A DNA stretch of 64,000 nt, from positions 781 through 64,780 of the IMG/VR virus record IMGVR_UViG_3300031627_001041; one strand, 5' to 3'. Each line of letters begins with the position of its first letter. The stretch's first letter is position 1. Of this stretch, positions 44,934 to 55,100 are shown piece by piece. The position numbers and the translations under genes are program-made. The notes under the pieces are model-generated. The model was not told where the DNA came from and made no database searches. It saw nothing but the letters and a program-made list of their open reading frames with translations. The DNA comes from a virus. Its lineage: Duplodnaviria; Caudoviricetes.

Positions 44934-47900
44934 TATCCCAACTCATTAAAAGTAGATTGGTTATCTAAATAATATTTCCCTGCCACTTTGTATGCTAAGT
45001 ATACAGAGCTTTCTAATATGATGTTATCTCTAAAATTACCAACATATATAAATTCTTCCTTTCCAGAGATGCTTACATTGCTTCCTACGGTATCTTGAAA
45101 ATCATGTCCCATTACCTCCGCATAATAAACCTTCTTAAATCCACAAGGAAAACTCTCTCCTGATGGAGTAGTAACCCGAACAAATTTCGCACTTCCTCCT
45201 CCTCCTCCAACCCAACATTTCCTATCGTCATCCCAAGGCATATAGATAGGTCCAACTGGCCACTTACTTTGGTCTGTCATATAACCAGACTCAAAATTAT
45301 CAGTCTTGGTCTCCCCAGGTTTTCCACTTTCGTTAGGCACTGGTTTGCCTTCGGTGTCATACCCCCAACCAGCCATAACCATTGGTCCCTTAAGGGCCAT
45401 AGGACGATAATCATCTCCATAATATGGAGAACTGTTCATCGTAAGATTAGAGGGGACACTAGAGCCTCTGACAACAACTGTGATATCGTGACCAGACCCA
45501 TATGGATTCAAATCTTCAACATGGGGGCTTTCTGCCCCACTTTTTGGTACTTGAAAATACGGTATCCCAAGGTCCTGACCACTAGGATTAGTTGTAAACG
45601 GTCTAAACAACCCATCCATACTAACGCCGGCCTTCTTGGGATAAAGACCGCTTCCGCCCAGCTGAGAAGTAAAGTTGTAGTGGGGCTGAATAAATACATT
45701 AGGATAAAACCCCTCTCCACCCGAAGCTGGAATTCCTTCACCAACTATCATACCATGAGAACTGCCGCCGCCTTTTCGTTTAGGTTTCTTCAGATTTCTG
45801 ATTACTTTTTCAAGGTTATTAAGCCCCTCCGAAGCCACCTTACGTTCTCTAAGCTTAAGCTCTGTTTTAGCGTTCTTCTTGGCTAAAATAGAGAAACGAT
45901 CTGCATTAGACTTAAGTATTTTACCAAATCTCTGTGTCCAGGTTGAGAACGTATAAGTAGAGGTTACCCCGTTTTCTCCAATAGAGACATTAATATCTGT
46001 AACATATGGCCCAGCAGAAGCAATCTGTGCCCCCATTGTAAAGGTTGGAATACCGGGTACCTCAATAGAGCCTGTTTCTAATTCCTGCTGAAAGGATACA
46101 TTATTTGCTACTTTGGCATTACCAACAATATTCATCTCCGCAAAACCACCATAATTCCAAGGAACCAAAGTCTCGTCTTGTTCAATTGCCATCTTGCCAT
46201 TGGCCCCAACCTTCTCCCAAGGACCATACACTTTAGTGTTGTTCTGTAGAGGAATTGCAGCTAGATTTGGTACTACCGCCATCCCTTCCTGTGCAGCAGA
46301 AAGATTATCTACCCCATAGGCGTTAACCAAGCGTTCCTTTTCTTCTTCGGTAGCGTCACCCGCCAAAATCTCCTCATCCATCCGGCCACCGGTTACGCCA
46401 TTGAAGTGGGCCTTGTATATAAGTATATCTCTAACAATTCCAGGCAGCACGATCACTGCTCTAGCACCAGATGTATTGGACACGTCTTCAAAAGCAACCC
46501 CCTGCTTAACTGTACACTTAATAAAAGCTGAGGTTTTTGCGTCGTTGTACACAATGCTCTGCTCAGGTATTGCCGAAAAATCTAAGTCAACAATATTATC
46601 ATATCGAACATAGGGCGGAAATCTACCGTCCTCATTAGCCAGCTGAACAAAATTATTTGGGATTAGATTATTACTAATAGCCAGGTTCCAGGCGGTATCC
46701 TCAATAAAACCAGCCTGAACAGGCTCAAGACTAACTCTAACCTTGTCTGTGTCTGGTTCTCTTGTGGCGTCTACATTAGGAATAGTTACTAGAAACTGTT
46801 TACCATAAAACTCACTTGCAAAACCAAAGATAAAATCATACAGTCTGCCAATATTCTCTTCGTGGTCATCCTGATGTGCCTCTGACGCCTTAGTAATTTG
46901 TCCGGTTGAAAGAGGCATGTTTAGTGCTGGTGCCAACTTAGTTGAAAAACCAGGATCTACGTAAGCAATAATACCTAAGTCTTCATACTTGGAAAAATGA
47001 ATATTCGTTGCTGGGGTTAATTTTTTCCACTTAGAACTTAAAAAATCTTCCCAAGCCCCACGGTCCTCTGCAGCCGCTCTTAGTTCCGCAACGTTCGTTT
47101 TATATGTCGCTCCAACCCCCGGAACCTGAACAGAGGTTGAGTCTAGTTCAACTTCATGATCGTTATCCAAACCCGTGCCAATCAACACATCATAGGTTGC
47201 GGGATCAAATCCCCAGAATGGCCAAATTCTCTCTCCACCCCTAGTCTGTCCAAACATGTCAATACGTTGACCGCCAAGCAACACCTTACCCATCACCTCA
47301 GTTCTTTGCTCTACTCCGGCATCACTTGCTGTAATCTTTGTAGTATTATTGATATAGGTGGTTAAAGCCCCCGGAGGTACGGCAGAGCTACGATCAATAG
47401 TATTGATTACAATTGTATTAGCTTGTAAGGTCACAAAGAAATCGTGACTCGCAGCTTCACATATCTCTGAAATGAAATCCATCAAAGACATGGTATTACT
47501 GCCGCCAATACGGTAATTTATATCTAAGATAGGGAGTGCACTTAGGTCAATACGGTAGGTATTTCCCCTAAGAGAGATGGGACCACCATATGCGGTCGAC
47601 CCATTACATATAGCTACCACACCATCTCTAATCTTCTGCCAGGGTAATCCAGTCTCGTTCTTATTAGAGTTTCCAAAAGAGGTATTTTCCCAGTACCCAA
47701 AAATATTAGCCACATTCGGTGTGCTTATTGGACTAGTATACCCATCTAAGATCAGTTGATACCCCTCAAGAACGTTCCGAGGGTCGTTAACCTCTACGTT
47801 GTAAAGAAAACCAGAAGCCCCTTTTTTATACGACCATTTTTGCAATATTCCTGCAAAACCCCACCCATCATAATTGAAGATGACAGGATCTCCAACATCA

Positions 47901-48034
47901 GGAGGGTCAAAGAAGTCTCGATTTTTCGCGTCCTCTACCAGAGTTACCTTTAAGCTAGATACTTCCGAACCCCACCCAAGCGATCCGCTAAATGCGGCTA
48001 TGCTTGCCCCGAGGAACGTTTGTTGAGTTGGCAT
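44933..48034 (-). CDS. Putative tail/baseplate hub-type protein (1033 aa)
   Basis: Long ORF downstream of the TMP. The function is inferred from position. Confidence 0.55.
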   Translation of the reverse strand: MPTQQTFLGASIAAFSGSLGWGSEVSSLKVTLVEDAKNRDFFDPPDVGDPVIFNYDGWGFAGILQKWSYKKGASGFLYNVEVNDPRNVLEGYQLILDGYTSPISTPNVANIFGYWENTSFGNSNKNETGLPWQKIRDGVVAICNGSTAYGGPISLRGNTYRIDLSALPILDINYRIGGSNTMSLMDFISEICEAASHDFFVTLQANTIVINTIDRSSAVPPGALTTYINNTTKITASDAGVEQRTEVMGKVLLGGQRIDMFGQTRGGERIWPFWGFDPATYDVLIGTGLDNDHEVELDSTSVQVPGVGATYKTNVAELRAAAEDRGAWEDFLSSKWKKLTPATNIHFSKYEDLGIIAYVDPGFSTKLAPALNMPLSTGQITKASEAHQDDHEENIGRLYDFIFGFASEFYGKQFLVTIPNVDATREPDTDKVRVSLEPVQAGFIEDTAWNLAISNNLIPNNFVQLANEDGRFPPYVRYDNIVDLDFSAIPEQSIVYNDAKTSAFIKCTVKQGVAFEDVSNTSGARAVIVLPGIVRDILIYKAHFNGVTGGRMDEEILAGDATEEEKERLVNAYGVDNLSAAQEGMAVVPNLAAIPLQNNTKVYGPWEKVGANGKMAIEQDETLVPWNYGGFAEMNIVGNAKVANNVSFQQELETGSIEVPGIPTFTMGAQIASAGPYVTDINVSIGENGVTSTYTFSTWTQRFGKILKSNADRFSILAKKNAKTELKLRERKVASEGLNNLEKVIRNLKKPKRKGGGSSHGMIVGEGIPASGGEGFYPNVFIQPHYNFTSQLGGSGLYPKKAGVSMDGLFRPFTTNPSGQDLGIPYFQVPKSGAESPHVEDLNPYGSGHDITVVVRGSSVPSNLTMNSSPYYGDDYRPMALKGPMVMAGWGYDTEGKPVPNESGKPGETKTDNFESGYMTDQSKWPVGPIYMPWDDDRKCWVGGGGGSAKFVRVTTPSGESFPCGFKKVYYAEVMGHDFQDTVGSNVSISGKEEFIYVGNFRDNIILESSVYLAYKVAGKYYLDNQSTFNELG

Positions 48035-48071
48035 TACTTTATCTCCAATACACTAGTAGGCATTTTATTCC

Positions 48072-49478
48072 TTAGGGATCAATGATCCAGCTTGTCGTAA
48101 ACGTAAAGGCTCCTGTTGATGGAGACCAAGAAAAGGTTTCCTGTTGTTTATACTTCGTGGAAACGGTTGGCTCAGCTAACGTAACAATATGATTTACGCC
48201 TGGAGCATTGCTAACCAGCAGGTTATCTACACGAGGCATAGTAGCATCAATCTTTAGAGTTCTAACTGTTTGATCTCTTGTCCCTAAATCTTGCAATACT
48301 GGCCCCGCCGCTCTGCCCAGCACAAATATGGAGGCAATTTTGGTTCCCAGTGAGGTCTGGTCAATTGTAATATTTTCACTAAGAGAACCGGGAATAAGGT
48401 GCGTTGGTCTATCATTAAACTCTAGATTAAAAGTTAGAGTTCCACCATAGACAGATGTTCCTACATTAGAGGTTAACGGGTCAGCGTTTAGACCGGTCAC
48501 ACCAGAGTGAGCATCTGCAAGAGCTTTTATGGCGGTTACACTATAACCGGCTTTTGCAGCAGCCAATCTTGCTGCTACAGTATCGCCCAAACCCCGAACA
48601 GATCCGCTTGCCGTAACTGAGATGTTGCCGGCTCCTGTGCTAGTATTTATCAGTACGGTCTGTACAAAATTCTGTGAGGCGAATATTCTTGTCTCAATAA
48701 TTGAATAAGACCCACTAGCTTCGTCTATCGTCTCACTTCTAGTGTCTTCATAACCAGTGAGTAAGCTAAGACTTGCTATATTGAAGTCAGAATGTCTACT
48801 AATATTAGAGAGTCTTAATAGACAGGCGTCCTTAGCCCTCTCCCAAGCCTCCTTAGGAATTGAGCCATCGGAAATATAGTGGCGACGACCAGTGGCCTGA
48901 ACAGAGCGTGTTAATACATAAGAGGTTACATCTCCCTCTTTCTGCTCCTCTAAAGAAAATGACTCAGTCATATTCTCGACATATTCCATCGCATCGCCGT
49001 CAATATCAAAGCTTTCTTTTGCTCCAGACCTTAGTAGATCGTCGGCCTCGAAGGTGATTGTATAGTCAGCCACATCAACCCAGCGATGGAATGAAGACGA
49101 ATCAGGAATATCGACGCTAACAATACGAGGATTGCATTTTGTTGGCACACCTGTGGTCCCATCCTGCCACTCTAGAACCTTGCCCTCATTGCCCACTTTG
49201 AATAGCTCATTGATAATTTCCAGCTTTTTACAGATAGACTTAAACTTAGCATCATCTGTAGCGTTGAATCCCGGAATCGAAGACTCAGGGGTAGGAGTGC
49301 CGCCCGCAGTCCACCAACCAGTCGTCAGCGGACTTCCTTGCCCGGCAAATACACGACACGTTAGAACAATGTTATACTTTGACCCAACAACCCTACCACC
49401 TTGGTTATTGTAGGTCTTGTTTACAGAAATAAAACTACTTGGAGCAATTAAATTACCGTCATAAATTACTCTTGCCAT
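48072..49478 (-). CDS. Putative tail structural protein
   Basis: Likely start MARVIY at 49478. Beta-rich, in the structural block. Confidence 0.6.
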   Translation of the reverse strand: MARVIYDGNLIAPSSFISVNKTYNNQGGRVVGSKYNIVLTCRVFAGQGSPLTTGWWTAGGTPTPESSIPGFNATDDAKFKSICKKLEIINELFKVGNEGKVLEWQDGTTGVPTKCNPRIVSVDIPDSSSFHRWVDVADYTITFEADDLLRSGAKESFDIDGDAMEYVENMTESFSLEEQKEGDVTSYVLTRSVQATGRRHYISDGSIPKEAWERAKDACLLRLSNISRHSDFNIASLSLLTGYEDTRSETIDEASGSYSIIETRIFASQNFVQTVLINTSTGAGNISVTASGSVRGLGDTVAARLAAAKAGYSVTAIKALADAHSGVTGLNADPLTSNVGTSVYGGTLTFNLEFNDRPTHLIPGSLSENITIDQTSLGTKIASIFVLGRAAGPVLQDLGTRDQTVRTLKIDATMPRVDNLLVSNAPGVNHIVTLAEPTVSTKYKQQETFSWSPSTGAFTFTTSWIIDP

Positions 49479-49567
49479 CTTTTTTCCTATTCGAAAAAGT
49501 AGATATTGCTTTCTCAGATTGCCACTTAGCAACCGTCAATCTGTAATGTGATGTCCAGTGTTTCATA

Positions 49568-52093
49568 TCACAGTCCATTTATATAAACATTAATTCCACT
49601 ATTACCAACACCGACAATAGAGGGTATCACTAAATCAACACCAGAGTTTGACCAAGTCCCGCCAAAGGTGTACATATTGACTCCTTGCTCATCTCCACTG
49701 TTTACTCCTAGGTACAGACTCATCCCGCCCTCAACCCCCTCAATCCTTTCAATAAATAGCGGCATTGATTCATTATCAACAGCTCCACCATCTAAAGTAC
49801 CAAGTCCTTTAACATACAAGAACTGAGATTTATATCCGCTCTCGAAAGCATTCTGAAGATACATATCCGTACCTTTAGTCAAGCTATCAGCTTTAGACTC
49901 AAGATAGAACGGCATGTAACCAGTATCGTCTCCGGTCGTGATCGAATTAAGAAAGAACGGAATTCCTCCAGTATCAGTTTCTTGAGAGTTTACCTCAAGA
50001 TACATGGGGTGTGCTTTATACACCGACGTATTTGTTGTAGAATTCATATACAGCGGGAAACTACCGCTACCATAGCTTACTGTGGCCTCAGCAAAGAATG
50101 GAATTGCTCCATTTGCAAGCTCCACTCCCTCAGTCCAAAGATCAATTCCGCTATTTATAGAAGCATGACTCCGGACGTACAAATCGATTCCGCTATTATC
50201 GGTAGTAAAGCCGTGAATAAACAGAGGATTATTGAATGTTAAGCTATCATGAGCAGCTAAAAATAGATCAATTCCGCTGTTATGCAGCATTGCTCCATGA
50301 GTATATAGCTCAATTTCTTTATTGTATAAGCTTGGAACACCAGAAGTATATAGGTCGACCCCACTATTAAAGGTCAAAGCACTATGGGCATATAGTTCAA
50401 TTTCTTTATTGTATAAATTTGGAGCACCAGAAGTATATAGGTCGACTCCACTATTAACAGTCAAATCACCATGAGCATACATTGGAATAGAGCTGGTCTC
50501 TACTGCTCGTCCATAAGAATAAAGATCTATACCGCTATTCTCAAAATCTGCTGCTGTTGTATATAGGTCTATTCCACTATTGAGGGCCTCAGATCCGCCT
50601 GTGTACAGATCAATATACGCCTGAACCCCAACTCCCGTGTTAGCAATATTCTGTGCCCCATTAAGCTCAACTGCCGCACCAAATAATACCGGGTAAGGAG
50701 TTCTATTGCCGGGGGCCACATTAGTTCCTAGCTGCGGTTGAGTGCTATATGTTCCATTAGTACTTAGTGCAAAATGCAAATATGTAGTACTAAGGTCGAG
50801 ACCAACTAACGAGTTTAGAGGAACGCTGCTTGTGTGGTGAACATATGACTCACCACCATAGTCTCCACTATATTCTAAAATAATGCCGTCAGTTGCAGGC
50901 ACATTAATAATATCCGTTCCAGAAGCGTCGGTCAATCGAATAGACCCAATATGACCACGTTTTTCTGGAATAGCCCCATTATGAGCTTGTTGCTCCTGAG
51001 TAGGATTTATACCGTCATTCCTACGGGGCATACTAGCCCCCTTAAAATGTAGAGTAATAGCAGAAGGCTCTACGAAAAATGGTCCGGTTTCAAACCTAAA
51101 TAGACCCGACCCCTCATTCATCGTAATTGCTTCTTTGTCCTCAGGCGTCTTTTCAGCATAAGGCGTATGCCACACATTAATTGGAGAGAATGTTGAGCTG
51201 TATGGTAATGCATTCTGCGAAGGTGTGCATCTTTTTAGCTCGTCATGATAATACTGTAGGTAATCCCCCGGGGTTTCAGTCCTTGAAACTAAATTGGTCC
51301 AAAAAGTATCAGTATTGGGAATAATATAATGACCGGAAGCAATATTGGGGTCCCCTATCGTCTTGGATGGGTATAAGTACTGCCTCTTAGGTTTCTCTTT
51401 ATCAATAGGCTGAGGAAATCCCCAGTTGTACAGATAAGACAGTTCGTCCTGAGTTAGTGTCCTATCATAAGTTCTAACCTCATCAATAATCCCTTCATAA
51501 TAATCAAAGAGGTAATTACCGCTGCTATTAAAAGGCAAACCAATATAGCCCGAAACCTTAGCCATACCATTAACCGAGGCTTCAATTAGGGTCCCATTTA
51601 CTCCAGCATAGTACATATTCCATTTACTGCCCTCAACATATTGCTCAAGGACTGGAGTATCAAGTGGTCCCCCATCTTCAACATAGTCTATTTTATAACG
51701 GACCTTAACAGCATCAGGACCAGTATCCCACTCTTCAAAATATTGATCTACTGTGGACCGAAAAGATGCCTTTGTGTTGTCTACACTGTTAGTTTGTCCG
51801 TGATCATATTTTGTTAACGAATAACATCCAGAATTTTTTTGGTCGTCATGCGTAGAAAACCAGACCACCGTTGAGAATGAACTCGCGGGCGGGCTAACAT
51901 CTGTAGTGTTGGTTCTAAACAGCGTTGAGCCTGCTGATTCTTTCAGGATGCAGCTGGTATCAGAGCGTCCATACAGAGATACAGGCGGCATATTTGATAA
52001 CGCAACACTGTTTTCATTGTCCAGTGAGGATTCAAAATCCCAATGAAGCCTAATATCATTATTTACTGTATAGTTTGGGGCGTTATTTCCCAT
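49568..52093 (-). CDS. Tail/adhesin protein with N-terminal LamG (concanavalin-like) domain and NSG(I/V)DLY repeats
   Basis: LHWDFE, FSTVVWF, WNMYY and YEGIIDEVRTYDRTLTQDELSYLYN (LamG signature), plus ~15-aa periodic repeats. Confidence 0.75.
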   Translation of the reverse strand: MGNNAPNYTVNNDIRLHWDFESSLDNENSVALSNMPPVSLYGRSDTSCILKESAGSTLFRTNTTDVSPPASSFSTVVWFSTHDDQKNSGCYSLTKYDHGQTNSVDNTKASFRSTVDQYFEEWDTGPDAVKVRYKIDYVEDGGPLDTPVLEQYVEGSKWNMYYAGVNGTLIEASVNGMAKVSGYIGLPFNSSGNYLFDYYEGIIDEVRTYDRTLTQDELSYLYNWGFPQPIDKEKPKRQYLYPSKTIGDPNIASGHYIIPNTDTFWTNLVSRTETPGDYLQYYHDELKRCTPSQNALPYSSTFSPINVWHTPYAEKTPEDKEAITMNEGSGLFRFETGPFFVEPSAITLHFKGASMPRRNDGINPTQEQQAHNGAIPEKRGHIGSIRLTDASGTDIINVPATDGIILEYSGDYGGESYVHHTSSVPLNSLVGLDLSTTYLHFALSTNGTYSTQPQLGTNVAPGNRTPYPVLFGAAVELNGAQNIANTGVGVQAYIDLYTGGSEALNSGIDLYTTAADFENSGIDLYSYGRAVETSSIPMYAHGDLTVNSGVDLYTSGAPNLYNKEIELYAHSALTFNSGVDLYTSGVPSLYNKEIELYTHGAMLHNSGIDLFLAAHDSLTFNNPLFIHGFTTDNSGIDLYVRSHASINSGIDLWTEGVELANGAIPFFAEATVSYGSGSFPLYMNSTTNTSVYKAHPMYLEVNSQETDTGGIPFFLNSITTGDDTGYMPFYLESKADSLTKGTDMYLQNAFESGYKSQFLYVKGLGTLDGGAVDNESMPLFIERIEGVEGGMSLYLGVNSGDEQGVNMYTFGGTWSNSGVDLVIPSIVGVGNSGINVYINGL
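50301..50478 (-). repeat. 87-bp tandem duplication within the NSGxDLY repeat region
   Basis: CAATTTCTTTATTGTATAA...CCAGAAGTATATAGGTCGAC recurs at 50311 and 50398. Confidence 0.85.
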
Positions 52094-52127
52094 TGTGTTT
52101 CCTTATTTTTGTTTTATTGTTCATGTC

Positions 52128-55100
52128 CTAGCTTGTTGCCTCCGAACCAGCACTACCCGGAGCAGCATTATTGTTTGCTAATTGTTGTGGTCTGCTCATT
52201 TGGTTTTGATCTGCGAACTCATTAAGAGCATTATTTACAACCATTCTTGCCACATCACTAAATCGCCCCTCTAAATCTCCTAGTCCAGCCACGTTAACGT
52301 TTAAGTTCATGGTGCCATCAAAGCTGATCGTGTCCGGGAAACTACTCTGTGCTTGTGGTTGTGCTGCCTGAGTTACCTGTGCTGCCTGTGGTGCCCCTGC
52401 GACCCCTAGTGCTCCCTGGGGGCCTTGTGAGCCTGGTGCCCCCCAAACTCCTCGGAATGGATCGTTACCGTTAAATTGCGTTTGAGGTTGTGCTGCCTGA
52501 GTTACTTGACCAGGCTGCTCATCTGGACGCATGGACATATCCGTAAGGCTCCCTCTCTCAATTTCTCCTTGTTTTATTCTTTCTATATTATCGGCCCGTT
52601 CCTGTTCTTGTACCCGTCTCATTTCCCTGGCTTGCTCGATTCTTTTTTCTTTTTCCGCACGACGAGTACCAGCTGGCATACTTCGTAGCTGAAGCTTCTT
52701 CTCTCTAGCCTCTCTAGCTGCTTGAATCTTTTTCAGTCTCCCGGGATTATTTTTAGAAGAAGGTAAACCGCCAGGCCCTTCAATAGCTGGTCCCGCCCCA
52801 TAGAAATCTTCTTTTGCTGATCTTCGTCTCTTTTTACGTTCTTCTTCGGTTTCTGAGCTTTCAAGTATTTTTCTATCCGCTATGAATGTACTACTATTGT
52901 TCTCGTTTATCACATTGGCAATATCAGGCTCCCTGGCCTCTTCAGCACTCACACCGGAGTCGAACAAGGCTTTTTCTACCCGACTTTTCGCAGCATCTCG
53001 CTCCTGCCCCGTAATAATTTTCTTGCCTTGTGTAGCTGGACCAACCCCATAAAAGCCCGCTTTGCTTTTTGCACGTCTTTTTTCGGCCATCTCTGGAGTT
53101 TCGTCTGGATCAGGAGTGATTGCTGGTCCCGTCCCAAAAAAGTCTGACCTGGACTTATTGAGTCTGGCTTTACGCTGCTCTGGTGTTTCTGTACGCGGTG
53201 GGCCTCCAATTGCTGGCCCAACCCCAAAGAAGCTCTCCCTATCTTTTCTTTGTCTGTCTCTACGCTCTTGTATGGATTCTCCTTCTTTAGCGGTAGACAA
53301 TGGGGCCATTTTTCTCGCAGCAGGCTTAGTGTCTTTAGAGCTTCTTCTTCCTCGATTAGCCCAGAGACGATCCTCCTCCTCTTTACGGGCTGCTCTATTT
53401 GCCATAAGTCTATCGTGACCTTCTGGAATTCCTCCGGCAAGCTCATCAACAACACCGCGTCTGTGATTAACGACGCCCGAAACACCGCGTCTGTGATTAA
53501 CAACTCCCGAAACACCACTTCTTTGACCGCCCCAGCCAGCAGGAGCAGGACCACGTCTATTGTGAGGGGCCATATTCGTTACCGGAAAACTACCATCTGT
53601 ATGTCCTCGTTCTGCCTTTACCCTCGCTTTAGCTCTTTCCTGTATCATACTAAGCGGTGCTTTATTGGCTCTTATTGCTTTCTCTTCTCGGTCTAGTCTT
53701 GCCTTTTCATTTCTTTGATGCACATCCGAAGAGTTTTTTTTCATCCCTTCTAAATCGGCTCTCTCATCGGCGTTCTTTTTCAGAAGGCTGTCTTTTTCTT
53801 CCTCGTTTATTTCTGCGGGACCAATACGCCCTTGTCGAGCCTTGGTGTTGCTGTCAGCCATTTCCCTTTCGTTCTTTACAATAGTCTTCAACATATTGGT
53901 TCCGGCCGCATCCTGAGTTAAAGCTTTAAGTCGCCCATCTCCACTCCCCAGTTGAGGCATAGCTTCTGTCATACCTTGTGCAAACTTTTTGTCGGCTTCT
54001 CTTGACTGTTGGGCATCTTTCTGTTGAACCATCGTCTGTCGTTTTTTAGACAGTGCTGCAGCCTTTTTGGTGTCGCCTTTGTCGTTCGCTTCCTGAATAC
54101 CGACAGTAAGGTCATCGTATTTTTGGTCGTATTGTTTGTTCTTAAGACCGTTAAGTTTTTTTTGTGTTTCTCCCGAATCTTTTAGAGATTTATTAAAGTC
54201 TTTTAAAGGGTCGGGTTTTAACGCTTTGACAAAATTATCAATAGCTGTTTTAACTGGAGACACTTTTTCTGGAGAAGCCGCTTTTTCTTTACGTAATCTC
54301 TCGATTTCGTCGCTAGCTTTTATTTTAGGTCCAGATTTTTGACTTACTACATTACCTATTGATTCAGGAGCTTTAGGTAGCTGTGTAGGACCTTTGGCTA
54401 GAGGGTCTACCATTCTACTTACTCTGCCTTCTTCAATGATCTGATCTATATCCTTGGGTGTGGTCCTAACCGGTCCTCTATTATTCAGCGATTCAGTATT
54501 ACCCGCAGATATTTCTCTTTGGGTCTTTACTCTTCCCGAAGGGCTGATATGTTTGAACTGTTGATCAGCAGCCACTTTACCAAGGTCGTCTCTAATATCA
54601 TGAAGCTCTTCAACCCAACCAGGTGCAGAGTCCAGTTTTTTCTGAAAATCTGGACTACGCTCCCCCAAATTCTCTAATTGCTGATGACGAGCGTCTGATA
54701 GAGATGGCGTATTTGCCTCGGGAACAGCGAAACTGCTTGGATCACGACCTGATTTATTAAGGCCACTTGGGGACGCACCATCCTGCCGACTCCTGTCGGG
54801 TCCACTACCTATTTTTGTTTCCTCACGATAATTTTCATCAAGCCCGCGAATTCTTCTTAGGGGACTAGCACCGAGTTTACTTTTGTCACTCGTAGGGTAG
54901 CCGTAGTCGTCTAACGCTCCGAAGCCAGTGCGAGGGATGCTTCCTGGACGAGGGTCAGTATTCACAGGGATGCGGTTTTGAAGCTCACCGGTCATGGCCA
55001 GCGACAAACCACCGGTCGGCGTCTTTTTTTTGCTTCGGGACAGGCTTTGCGTTCCACGGTGACTCAAACCTCCTGGACGGACGGTTCCTGTCGGTGAGTC

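Noticed and set aside
48040-48062. ACTAGT-containing late promoter shared with 42480-42500
   Set aside because: The similarity is limited to the hexamer and the flanks do not align in a consistent orientation.
49568-52093. Diversity-generating retroelement target
   Set aside because: The repeats are in-frame tandem coding repeats. There is no reverse transcriptase or adenine-specific TR/VR pair in the window.
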